A DNA stretch of 39,694 nucleotides, from assembly GCA_002490245.1 (NCBI GenBank), contig PCNA01000001.1, positions 1 through 39,694 of the forward strand, read 5' to 3'. Below, one piece after another: positions 1-9,632 of the stretch. The position numbers and the translations under genes are program-made. Position 1 is the stretch's first letter. Each line of letters starts with the position of its first letter. Under the pieces are notes generated by a model. That model did not search any database, was not told where the DNA came from, and saw nothing but the letters and a program-made list of their open reading frames with translations. This DNA comes from Candidatus Bathyarchaeota archaeon B24-2. Its GTDB lineage: Archaea; Thermoproteota; Bathyarchaeia; Bathyarchaeales; B24-2.

Positions 1-650
1 CTCTCGCTCACCTTCTTTTGATAGCTTGAGATTAAAGCCTTAAAGTTGAACGGATTAAAATCTTCTATCCCCCTCTCTACGATGAAGTCCCAACACACTA
101 ATTTGGCTGCCTCATCGTCTAGAGAGACTAGATACTTCTCTTGAAAGGTCTTTTGAAGACTCATAGCCTGAAGGAACAAGTCAGCGTTACATTCAATCAT
201 CTCTTTGATCAGGTCTTCTATGCTAAAATCGGTTCTAAATCTCCTAGCTTTACCGCTAGCAATCGCATAGCATGAATAAAAAACGTCCACCACGATTTCT
301 GGATATTGAAACATTATCTGGAAAGGCCAAGTCCTGCAGATTAGAGGTTTGTCTCTATGGATTCTACAAAGCCTAGTCTTCTTATCTAAGAAGACGCAGA
401 CACCGCTCTCATCTTTCTTAATCTGATATTGGTAGGGATCGTTGATGGATACCGGCATAAACGCTGGTTCGATGAAGTCTTGGAGCTTTAGGCCCGTAAT
501 CCTCCTAATCTTCAGGGCTTCATCTTCTCTTAAAGTCGGATAATGTATACCGCAACAATAGGCGCATTTGAGACACTCGAATTTGAAAGAGTCTGGGAAG
601 GAGGTCCTCCATTTGAAGGTCCTCCCCTTAAAATCGATCTTTCCGTTCAT
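1..650 (-). CDS. YkgJ-family (CxxCxxCC) cysteine-cluster Fe-S/Zn protein, 3' end outside window
   Basis: Not in the ORF track. Manual translation from ATG at 650 gives MNGKIDFKGRTFKWRTSFPDSFKFECLKCAYCCG...GVCVFLDKKTRLCRIHRDKPLICRTWPF, with the family's CxxCxxCC, CxFL, CxIH and PxxCRxxPF motifs. Confidence 0.85.
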   Translation of the reverse strand, partial: MNGKIDFKGRTFKWRTSFPDSFKFECLKCAYCCGIHYPTLREDEALKIRRITGLKLQDFIEPAFMPVSINDPYQYQIKKDESGVCVFLDKKTRLCRIHRDKPLICRTWPFQIMFQYPEIVVDVFYSCYAIASGKARRFRTDFSIEDLIKEMIECNADLFLQAMSLQKTFQEKYLVSLDDEAAKLVCWDFIVERGIEDFNPFNFKALISSYQKKVSE

Positions 651-798
651 AGCATAAATGGAATACTAACCCCTTTTAAATCTCTCACTTACCGAGTGCT
701 CTCTTCGACCTAAATTACCCCGCATGCGTGTAAAAGAAGTTTCATATTAAACCTTTTTTATTGCCTTCCATGATCTTTATCGAAAGAAGGTTTAGAAG

Positions 799-1942
799 AT
801 GGTTCTGCGCATCGCCGTAGTCGGTGTGGGTTCTAGAGCGCAGCATGCCCATCTGCCTGTAATAGCTTCTATGCGAGATGTATGGCGACTAGCGGCCGTA
901 TGCGATATAAATCCATATGTCTCGCGACGAATCGGAGAAGCCTATCATGTTCCTTATTACACAGATATAGAGAAGATGTTGCGAAGAACTGGACGTAGTC
1001 GACTTGTGCACTCCTCCTGACACTCATCATATTATTGCTAAGATAATCGCCGAGCATTCGGTTCACATCTTCTGTGAGACCCCTATAGCGATCACTTTAC
1101 CCTGCGCGGACTTTATGATAAAAGCCGTTAGTAAGGCTGGCGTGAAGATGGAGGTTTCCGAGAATTACCATCGAATGCTCATCGAGAGATCTCGTTTCAA
1201 ACTTTTAGAGGAAGGTATCATAGGAGAAGTTTCTAGAGTCTACAACGTTAATTACAGACACTGCTACCATGGGATGAGTCTTCTACGCCTTTACGCGAAA
1301 AGTGAAGCCAGAAGCGTTACGGGGGCATGTAAAACTTTTAGTCTTAGAGAAGGGAAGGTTGAAAGATGGGATCACGCGATAATCCACTTTAAAAACCATG
1401 TAGTCGCTATTCACGACTTCTGCTCTCCTCGGCCACCGATCCCTTGGAGGAGGACGCGATACATAGAGGTCGACGGAACGAGCGGCTGTGTAGTAAACGA
1501 TGAGGTCTTTTCCTTGACCGATAAAGGACCGAAAAAACTGAAGCTGAGACCGTTAACCGTTAGTGTGAATGGGATAGAAGTGCCTGAGAGAATAGTAATC
1601 GACGATGAAGGGAAATTAAGGACCGTGTTAGTTAATCCTTACAAGAGGTACATGCTTTCAGATAGAGAGATTCAGACAGGTGGTAGCCTCATAAGCGTTG
1701 CAGACATGCTGATGAGCATCGCTGAAGCTGTGAGGAAGGAGACAGAACCAAGATATGGTGCTCTTCAGGCTCGGAAAGACTTAGAGCTTCACATCGCGAT
1801 GAGGGAATCGAGCCTAAGAGGAAGTAAACCCGTAAAGATACCGCTCACCTCGCTTACGAGGTATGAACGTCAGGTTCATCGTCGTTACGAAGAAAAATAC
1901 GGTCACAAGCCTCTAGATGACGCTCTAACTTTAACCGGCTAA
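799..1942 (+). pseudogene. Gfo/Idh/MocA NAD(P)-dependent oxidoreductase split by a frameshift near 982
   Basis: The N-terminal Rossmann part (RIAVVGVG...VCDIN...YTDIEKML) is in one frame. The continuation EELDVVDLCTPPDTH...HIFCETPIA starts at 983 in another frame. This is either real inactivation or an assembly indel. Confidence 0.75.
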
Positions 1943-2058
1943 AACCAGCAATAGACAGAAAGGTTTTTCGACAGGGTTAATAACGAATCTCCAGCCTCCC
2001 TATAGCGATCTATGTAAGATTTAACCTTTAGAACTTTCTTACAGGCTTACATAAATTT

Positions 2059-3765
2059 TCAATCGACTTCTACGTTTTCAGAGTATTTAGCGTATAATAG
2101 TTGAGTTTCGAATAAGAAGTTGTTTATAGTAGATAAGAAAGCTCTATTCTTCTGAGAGCCGTTTAACTCGAATTTTTCCGTCATTTTCATCAGTTTCTCG
2201 TAAGCCTCACTAAGAGAGGTGAGTTCGGGCATACTATCGTCGTCTTTAAGTATGTCGTATGCTCCTCTATCAGGATACCTGTACTCCAACCAGCTCTCAA
2301 GATAGATCTCCTTAGAGTTAACTGGTGAGAAAACCGGGGTTTTTCTTATGACTTCTATCTTATATTTCTCCTTTTCTCTATAGAATTCCTGATGTTTTCC
2401 TAAGCAAAAGAGACAATAGACTACCGAGAATATCTTGTACCTCTTCTGTAGATCGGCTATCTCCTTCATGTCTGAGAGTAGCTCTTCTCTCGTATGCGTT
2501 GGAATACCACATAGCATGTAACAGAGAAGTTTGATCCCTGACTTGTAGGAATTTTTAATAACTTCGATTATACTCTCTCTAGTCGTTCCTTTTCTCGAAA
2601 ACTTCAAATACCTATCTGAAAGCGACTCTACACCAAGCATCAGAAATCTGCATCCGCTTTTATATGCTACCTTTAAGACGTCCAAGCTTAAGGATTTAGT
2701 GGGTCGGGCATAGCATCCAAAGTAGATTTTTAACCCTGAATCTATGATCGCTTGGCTTAGCTCCTTCAGCCTAGAACTCGTAACCTCCGAATCTGTAATT
2801 AGGAAGTTCGAAGCATTATATCTCTCTTTTAACGACTTTAAATCCTCTATGACTTTATCGATCGACCTTTTCCTGTACTTAGGACCATATTGAGCATTTA
2901 ACTCGCAGAATTTACATAGTTTCCATGGGCAGTTTCTAGCCGAACTAACAGGCAGGACGAGCTCAGGGAAATAGTAATTCTTCAATTCAAGGTCAGAGTA
3001 GTCGGGGGTGGGTAAAGTGTCTAAATCCTCGATCATACTCTCCTGATTAAAAACTACTTTTCCTTTCCTCCGCCACACTAAGTTTGGAACGTTAGAGTAA
3101 TCGTCATCTTTTTCGATGATCTTTTTCACGAGCTCGAGTAATGCTTTCTCTCCCTCCTTCACGATTATGAAGTCTATGAAGTCGAAGCATTCCATTAGGG
3201 TTTGAAGGTCGAAGTTAAAGTAAGCTGGTCCACCCAACACTACTGGGATATCGCTTTCTCTTTTTACAAGTTTAGCTAGGGAGATCGAGAAGTTTACTTG
3301 GGAGTCAGCTAAAGTCGAGAAACCTATTAAGATCGGGTTATCATCTAATATCCTCTTAACTTTCTCCTTTAAGTATTCGAATATTGGGTTTTCATCGAAT
3401 CTTATTTTACCCTCGATATAAAGTTTAAGGATGGAGTTAAAGTGGTTTGAGTATTCCATCATGATCGAGAAGAAGGGTGCAACATAATCCACTATCAAAT
3501 CCTTATTATAGAATAACTTTCTGTTTTTAATTATCTCTTTAGCCGTTTCACACAGGATTTCCTCATTAACGCACTCGATCTCGTCTTTCCCTATTAACCT
3601 ACAGATCTTACCATCGACTATGTCGTCGACAAACTCAAGGTTTAAGTCTAAGGTTTTAACGTAAATGTTTTTCAGGTTTCTCTCTACATAACTCTTTAAG
3701 TATGCTATACCGATCGGCACGCAGGAAGGCGCGATATAGGGTGGAAATATGAGATTTACTCTCAT
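2059..3765 (-). CDS. Cobalamin-binding radical SAM protein (class B type), CX4CX2C motif
   Basis: N-terminal PxGIAYLKSY and VVLGGP B12-binding-domain motifs, EGE, RNCPWKLCKFC and LGVES. Visibly AT-rich. Confidence 0.85.
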   Translation of the reverse strand: MRVNLIFPPYIAPSCVPIGIAYLKSYVERNLKNIYVKTLDLNLEFVDDIVDGKICRLIGKDEIECVNEEILCETAKEIIKNRKLFYNKDLIVDYVAPFFSIMMEYSNHFNSILKLYIEGKIRFDENPIFEYLKEKVKRILDDNPILIGFSTLADSQVNFSISLAKLVKRESDIPVVLGGPAYFNFDLQTLMECFDFIDFIIVKEGEKALLELVKKIIEKDDDYSNVPNLVWRRKGKVVFNQESMIEDLDTLPTPDYSDLELKNYYFPELVLPVSSARNCPWKLCKFCELNAQYGPKYRKRSIDKVIEDLKSLKERYNASNFLITDSEVTSSRLKELSQAIIDSGLKIYFGCYARPTKSLSLDVLKVAYKSGCRFLMLGVESLSDRYLKFSRKGTTRESIIEVIKNSYKSGIKLLCYMLCGIPTHTREELLSDMKEIADLQKRYKIFSVVYCLFCLGKHQEFYREKEKYKIEVIRKTPVFSPVNSKEIYLESWLEYRYPDRGAYDILKDDDSMPELTSLSEAYEKLMKMTEKFELNGSQKNRAFLSTINNFLFETQLLYAKYSENVEVD

Positions 3766-3881
3766 ATTCCTAAAAAGTAGGATGTCGATTTTCAGATTTA
3801 TATTTTACACAGAATAGCGTCTTTTATTTTATCTACATATAAAATTTTTAAATGAAAGAGGAACCCCTTTAATAGTAAACG

Positions 3882-5351
3882 ATGGAACCTTGTGAGAGCG
3901 TAAAGGATTACATTCAAAAAGTCGATTTGCAGGGCGTTAAGTGTATTCTCATCGACCCTCCTAGACTGGTAAACCCATCGTGGAGTGATGGCATAAAAAA
4001 GATCCTTAGGTTTCACGACATAAATCCGCCGATGGGGCTAGCTTATATCGCGGGAGTGCTTAGAGAGGCCGGAGCAAAAGTAAAGATCTTAGATGCTAGG
4101 TCTCTGAGCATGCCGCATAACGAAGTTTTAAGGATAGTTGAGAAGAACAGGCCTGATTATGTAGGTATAACAGCCGTTACCCCACAGATGAAGAGCGCTT
4201 TATATTTATCTAAACTCATTAAGGAGAGCTGCCTAGACACAAAAATTATCCTTGGAGGACCACACGTCCATTTCGAGCATGAAGCGATAATCAGAGAGAA
4301 CGACGTTATAGACTTTTGTGTCAGAGGAGAAGGAGAGCTCACCCTACTAGAATTAATTAAGACTTTAAGAGAGAAAGGCAAACTCGAGAAGGTTAGAGGA
4401 ATCACCTTTAGAAGAGGTAAGAGAGTGATAGTGACTCCAGACAGGCCTTTCATAAAAGATTTAGACTCACTACCATACCCTGCAAGAGACTTACTGCCCA
4501 ACCATATATATAAATACTCAAAGTTTGGGTTAAACTGGACAGTCCTACTTGCTCAGAGAGGCTGTCCTTATAGATGCCACTTCTGCTCGAACCATGCGAT
4601 GTGGCGTTATCAGAGGAGGAGGTCTGTAGAGAACGTCTTAGACGAGATAGAGTATTGCCGTAGAAGGTTTCACGTCGAATACATAAAGTTTGCGGACGAC
4701 GTTTTCGTAATCAACAAGAAATGGGTCGCGGAGTTCTGTAAAGGCTTGATCGAGAGAGGGTTAGACGACATCCGATGGGCATGCGACTGTAGAGTAGACT
4801 TATTATCGGAGGACATACTAAGGAAGATGGCAGAGGCTAACTGCGAAACGATATTCTTCGGGTTAGAATTCGGAAACCAGAGGATACTGGATTTATGTGA
4901 GAAAGGTTTCACAATCCCCCAGATCTATAGGGCCATAAAAGCTACAAAGAAGGCTGGAATCTCACCATGCGGATACTTCATGATAGGGTACCCTACAGAG
5001 ACTAGGGAGACCATCATGGATACGATAAACCTCGCTAAAGACTTAATCCTAAACTACGGTTTAGACTACGCCGGCTTCTCTATAGTCACACCCTATCCAG
5101 GAACGAGACTCTACGAGTACTGTAAGAAGAGGAATATACTGAAGACTTGCGACCATCTACTTCATCCAAGGGAAGGATATATCGAGGTGGGAGGGAAGAG
5201 TGCCATGATCCTACTTCCATATCCCCCGATCAAATTAGAGAACCTTACGGACGAGGAATTAATAGAGTTATATCGAAAGGCTCATGAGGAAGTCGCTAAA
5301 GCCTTCGAGGAGCGAAGACAGAAGTTATCAGGAAAAATCTATCACGTATAA
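3882..5351 (+). CDS. Cobalamin-binding radical SAM protein (class B methyltransferase/BchE-like)
   Basis: PMGLAYIA, LGGPH, GEGE, RGCPYRCHFC, FADD, GLEFG and TPYPGT motifs. Confidence 0.9.
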   Translation: MEPCESVKDYIQKVDLQGVKCILIDPPRLVNPSWSDGIKKILRFHDINPPMGLAYIAGVLREAGAKVKILDARSLSMPHNEVLRIVEKNRPDYVGITAVTPQMKSALYLSKLIKESCLDTKIILGGPHVHFEHEAIIRENDVIDFCVRGEGELTLLELIKTLREKGKLEKVRGITFRRGKRVIVTPDRPFIKDLDSLPYPARDLLPNHIYKYSKFGLNWTVLLAQRGCPYRCHFCSNHAMWRYQRRRSVENVLDEIEYCRRRFHVEYIKFADDVFVINKKWVAEFCKGLIERGLDDIRWACDCRVDLLSEDILRKMAEANCETIFFGLEFGNQRILDLCEKGFTIPQIYRAIKATKKAGISPCGYFMIGYPTETRETIMDTINLAKDLILNYGLDYAGFSIVTPYPGTRLYEYCKKRNILKTCDHLLHPREGYIEVGGKSAMILLPYPPIKLENLTDEELIELYRKAHEEVAKAFEERRQKLSGKIYHV

Positions 5352-5412
5352 GAGTAACCCTTAAAAGGGAGGTAGAAGAAAAGGAGTTTAAAGGCCTTCC
5401 CTTAATAGAACG

Positions 5413-7164
5413 ATGCGGACATTTATTTCAGGCTTAAATTTGAGGTCTCTTCTCGAAGGCAATATTAGAGCTTTTGCTGTTAGAGGTCTACTTCTAACCT
5501 TAGGTCAAGGCTTAACAGGAGGGCTGGTGATGCTGTATGTTAAGAACGTTTTGGGTGCAGACGCATTAGTCATAGGCTCCTTCACTTCGCTGTGGTGTGC
5601 GGTATTCGTGGTCTTCATCTTGCTGGGTGGTTGGGTAGCAGACCGATACGACAGAAAGAAGACTTATCTCCTAGGGTCAGCGTTAGCCTTACCCACTCCT
5701 CTAATATACGCCCTGTCCCCCTCATGGCACATGATATTTTTAGCGTATTTTTTCGACGCTTTAAGCTCCGCATTTGTTGTTCCGGCATATCAATCGATCC
5801 TCTTCAGCTCGGTAGAGCGGAATAGAAGAAGCCGTGCAATAGCAGTAATAAACACTTTAAGCCACCTTGTCAACATGATCGTTCCTCCATTAAGCGCTTT
5901 AGCTGTTCAGTTAACAGGCGGCTTAAACAATCTACGCCTCATGTTTCTTCTTCAATTTACAGTCACCTTATGCGTTTGGCTCTATACTTCTAAAGCTATT
6001 CAAATTAAATCCGTTAATGAAAAGCTCCAGCCTAATGGGTTAAGCTCGACTATGAAGGACTTCTTCGGTCAGATCAAGAAAGTTTACCGTGTCGCGAGAG
6101 AAAGAAAAGCTATGCCCTGGCTTTACTTATATTTAACTGGACCGCTGGCATGGGGTGTAGTGAATCCTTTCTGGACTATATATGCGGCGGAGGTCTGTAA
6201 GTCGCCACTCTACGTTATCGGTCTGCTTTCCACGGTCAGTAGCTTAACGATAGTGCTCCTGCAAATCCCATTATCCAAAGTTTCAGATAGGAAAGGGAGA
6301 AAGAAAATAATACTTACTTTCCGGCCTTTCAGATACCTGTGCTTAATAATCCTTATCCTTGCAGGAAGCTTCGATATGCCTCTCTTCGTATCGTTTATCC
6401 CCCTTCTAGCTTGGGTGCTAGATGCTATAGGCGTTTCTTCAAGTCCCTCATGGATGGCAGCGTCCAGAGAAGTCATACCTGAGGATCTTCAAGGAACCTG
6501 GAATTCGCTTCTAAACCTTCTTTACCATTCCACAGCTGTTTTCTGTGGAGTTCTCGGTGGACTGCTATGGAACATCGACCCCAGATTACCCTTCATAATG
6601 GCTTTAGTGGTAGACTCTTCGATCAGGTATCCTCTACTCCATAAGATTCCGGAGACCCTACTAGCTATACGTTACAGACCAAGAGCCATAGGGCCGCACA
6701 TAGCCATATACGGTCTTCCTGGAGCGGGGCAGACTTACACCGCTAGGCTGTTGGGAAGGATGACAGGCTCCGAAATAGTGGACGAAAGGTTTTGGAGTGG
6801 GGATGAGGAGAAGGCTGAGAGGCTTATCGATAAAGTTCTGAAACGCGACGAGAACGTCATAATCGAGGGTAAACCTGCGGTTCTAGCGGCGAGACGGCCT
6901 GAGAGGTCGATCGTGGTTCTGTTGGTTGCGCCTAAAGAAGAGCGCATAATAAGGAAGATGAAGGATGTAAAGAAGCCTGACTTTATAGTGTTAAATTTAA
7001 TCGAAGAAGAGGACCGTGAAGTCCAGAAGCTAGTTAAGAGGCTTTACAGAGCGGATATATCGAGGCTTCCACCCTTTGATTTGGCTATAAACACGGAGAG
7101 GATACCTCCAGAAACGGTAGCAAAGATAATCTCGTTAATCCATAAAGAAAAGTTAAAACGATGA
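5413..7164 (+). CDS. MFS transporter fused to a C-terminal cytidylate-kinase-like P-loop domain
   Basis: MFS motif A occurs twice (GWVADRYDRK, SKVSDRKGRK) with about 12 hydrophobic segments. The C-terminal ~155 aa contain GLPGAGQT, VIIEG and FDLAINT, which are CMK-like. Confidence 0.85.
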   Translation: MRTFISGLNLRSLLEGNIRAFAVRGLLLTLGQGLTGGLVMLYVKNVLGADALVIGSFTSLWCAVFVVFILLGGWVADRYDRKKTYLLGSALALPTPLIYALSPSWHMIFLAYFFDALSSAFVVPAYQSILFSSVERNRRSRAIAVINTLSHLVNMIVPPLSALAVQLTGGLNNLRLMFLLQFTVTLCVWLYTSKAIQIKSVNEKLQPNGLSSTMKDFFGQIKKVYRVARERKAMPWLYLYLTGPLAWGVVNPFWTIYAAEVCKSPLYVIGLLSTVSSLTIVLLQIPLSKVSDRKGRKKIILTFRPFRYLCLIILILAGSFDMPLFVSFIPLLAWVLDAIGVSSSPSWMAASREVIPEDLQGTWNSLLNLLYHSTAVFCGVLGGLLWNIDPRLPFIMALVVDSSIRYPLLHKIPETLLAIRYRPRAIGPHIAIYGLPGAGQTYTARLLGRMTGSEIVDERFWSGDEEKAERLIDKVLKRDENVIIEGKPAVLAARRPERSIVVLLVAPKEERIIRKMKDVKKPDFIVLNLIEEEDREVQKLVKRLYRADISRLPPFDLAINTERIPPETVAKIISLIHKEKLKR

Positions 7165-7305
7165 TTAAGGCCTCTGTAACAAAATTGACGTTCTCTAAAG
7201 GAACCATTTAAGAATGTGTTACTTCTAGACTGTTTGCATTTTAATTCTCGATCAACTTTTAAGGTCTAAGCGATACTTTAGATACTGTAACTCTCGAGTT
7301 AAAGG

Positions 7306-8388
7306 GTGGTTGAAACGGTTAAGTACGACCTGTTGGTTAAGGGAGGCTTAGTTATAGATCCCTCTCAAGGCATACACGACAAGCTAGATGTAGCGGTCTT
7401 TAAAGGTAGAATAGTGAACTTAGGAGTTAACCTCAACCCTAAAGAATCTAAAGAAGTTTTAGAAGTCGACGGTCAGATAGTGACTCCCGGGGTTATAGAC
7501 CTCCATACCCACGTCTTCTATCTGCTAGGTCATAAAAGAGAAGGTCTCAAGGTGGATTCGACGAGTCTAGCTAAAGGCGTAACCACAGTCTTGGACGCCG
7601 GCTCCTTCTATCCAGAGGATGTGGAAGCTTTCAGATACTATATAGTGGAAAGGTCTAGAACTAGGGTGTACGCGCTCCTCTCCATGAAACCCGACGGGAA
7701 TCCCCGAGAATACGGTGGAACGGTTAAGGCAAACCGAGACTTCCTCGTCGGGATAAAGTATCATCACGGAGGTTTAGGAACCATGGACATGCTTATACTA
7801 GCCAGAGAAGCCGCTGACCGGGGCGAATGCACGCTTATGTGTGAACCCTATGGACCTAAACTTAAAACTATACTCGAATACATGTATAGAGGGGATGTCC
7901 TTACACATAGTTTTCATCCCCCGCCTAGAAGAGGACTCCTCGACGAAGACGGAAAAGTCTTGCCAGAGGTTTGGGAGGCTATTAAACGCGGGGTATACCT
8001 AGACCAAGGCCATGGGAGAAGCGGCTTCTCATTCGAAGTCGCCGAGAAGTGTTTAAAACAGGGTCTGCCCCCGTTCACGATAAGTACAGACTTACACAAA
8101 CTGTCTGTGAACGGCCCCGTATATGATATGCCGACGACCATGTCTAAATGGATGGCTCTAGGAATGTCTCTAGAGGAGGTTATCAAAAGGTCTACTCTAC
8201 ATCCAGCTATAGTCCTAAAGAAGGATGGCTATCTTGGAACGCTTAAAATAGGTGCCTGTGCGGATATATCGTGCTTTAAGATGCTTGAAGGCGAGTTTGT
8301 ATTTGAGGATTCGGCTGGTGAAAAGAGGACCGGAAGATACAAGCTGGAACCGATGCACGTAGTAAGGTCGGGTGAAGTAGTCTTCTAG
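7306..8388 (+). CDS. Amidohydrolase-superfamily metallohydrolase (dihydroorotase/deacetylase-like)
   Basis: PGVIDLHTH, GVTTVLDAGS, GDVLTH, DQGHG, TISTDLH and GTLKIGACAD motifs. Confidence 0.85.
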   Translation: MVETVKYDLLVKGGLVIDPSQGIHDKLDVAVFKGRIVNLGVNLNPKESKEVLEVDGQIVTPGVIDLHTHVFYLLGHKREGLKVDSTSLAKGVTTVLDAGSFYPEDVEAFRYYIVERSRTRVYALLSMKPDGNPREYGGTVKANRDFLVGIKYHHGGLGTMDMLILAREAADRGECTLMCEPYGPKLKTILEYMYRGDVLTHSFHPPPRRGLLDEDGKVLPEVWEAIKRGVYLDQGHGRSGFSFEVAEKCLKQGLPPFTISTDLHKLSVNGPVYDMPTTMSKWMALGMSLEEVIKRSTLHPAIVLKKDGYLGTLKIGACADISCFKMLEGEFVFEDSAGEKRTGRYKLEPMHVVRSGEVVF

Positions 8389-8400
8389 AGGAAGGAGCTT

Positions 8401-9618
8401 CTAATATTGAGGGATCCCTAGAGCTCTATGCTCTATCTTCCATCGATACTTATTCCAGAAGTACGCCGTGTACTTCTCGAGCTCCCTCCTTCTTTTCTCT
8501 GTAAGCTCATATTCCTTAATTTTACCTTCATCTAGGTTTACTCCTAAGCCAGGCTTAGAGGGAACTGTCATGCTTCCTCCTTTATACTCCATTTTACCTC
8601 CCTCAAGTATGTCGTCTTCAAGTTGATGGTAATGCGCATCTACAGCATGGTGCATGTCCGGAAACGATGCTGTAACGTGTAGCTTAGCTACGTGTGCTAC
8701 ACCAAGCCTCCTCATACTATGATAGGATACGCCGAGACGGAATGAACTAGCAACCCTGAACCACTCCATAGTCTTCTTTATTCCCCCGCAGCCATAGGTA
8801 TCTGCCATGACTACGTCGGCGGCGTCAGATTTAGCTATCCTAACCAGCGAGTCTATTTCGTATACGCCGTCGGCGCAGATCGGCGTTTTGGTCGAGCCTC
8901 TAAGCCTCTGATGGTTGCTGATAGGAGACCTCAAAGCGATGGGAGATTCGACATACTCTAAGTTACAGTCTTCTAGCGCCTTTACCACGTTGAGTGCTGT
9001 AGGCAACGACCAAGCACCGTTCGGGTCTATTCGGATCTTTATGTCTTCCCCTACCCTCTCTCTAACTTCACGCACCGCTTTAACCTCAACTTCAGGTGGA
9101 TAAACACCTAGCTTCAGCTTTACAGTTTTAAACCCGAACCTTCTGATCAGGGATACGCAGTGGTCTGCTAGGTTATCTGGCGTTACAGGATTCCTTCCCT
9201 CCTCGTCACGGAAGAACACATAGGCGGAGAGTGGTACCTCTCTCCTATAGATCCCTCCAGAGAGAAGCCTATAGACTGGTAGGTTGAAGACTTTACCTAT
9301 TATGTCCCAGCAGGCGATCTCTACTCCAGAGGAATACTCCTTCGGGATCCCCTCGCAGATGAGCCTCCTTCTGATCTTCTCGTAATTTAGGGGGTCTTCT
9401 CCCAGTATCAGGGGCTTTACCTTCCTCTCGTAGACCTCCTTACCTAGCGCCCCCTCTCCTATTCCCACTACTCCTTCATCAGTGTATAGTTCGAATATGG
9501 TTCTCGCCACGGTATCTGCATAATATCTGTGTATTCCGCCTGCCCAAAGAAGCACGCCCTTCCAGGGTACTGCTACCTCGTAGGCTTTAACGTCCTTTAT
9601 CTGAATGGCAGTCACCAC
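8401..9618 (-). CDS. Enolase-superfamily dehydratase, glucarate-dehydratase-like subgroup
   Basis: GIGE, IACWDIIGK, KLK, DPN, YVESP, a HS catalytic segment and PGLGV. Confidence 0.8.
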   Translation of the reverse strand: MVTAIQIKDVKAYEVAVPWKGVLLWAGGIHRYYADTVARTIFELYTDEGVVGIGEGALGKEVYERKVKPLILGEDPLNYEKIRRRLICEGIPKEYSSGVEIACWDIIGKVFNLPVYRLLSGGIYRREVPLSAYVFFRDEEGRNPVTPDNLADHCVSLIRRFGFKTVKLKLGVYPPEVEVKAVREVRERVGEDIKIRIDPNGAWSLPTALNVVKALEDCNLEYVESPIALRSPISNHQRLRGSTKTPICADGVYEIDSLVRIAKSDAADVVMADTYGCGGIKKTMEWFRVASSFRLGVSYHSMRRLGVAHVAKLHVTASFPDMHHAVDAHYHQLEDDILEGGKMEYKGGSMTVPSKPGLGVNLDEGKIKEYELTEKRRRELEKYTAYFWNKYRWKIEHRALGIPQY

Positions 9619-9632
9619 CTAAACGTTTCTGT

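Noticed and set aside
5150..5240. Possible in-frame intron near the 3' end of the second radical SAM gene (GGATAT/ATATCC and GGAAG/CTTCC complementarity)
   Set aside because: The frame is intact and no 3-4-3 bulge-helix-bulge geometry can be built.
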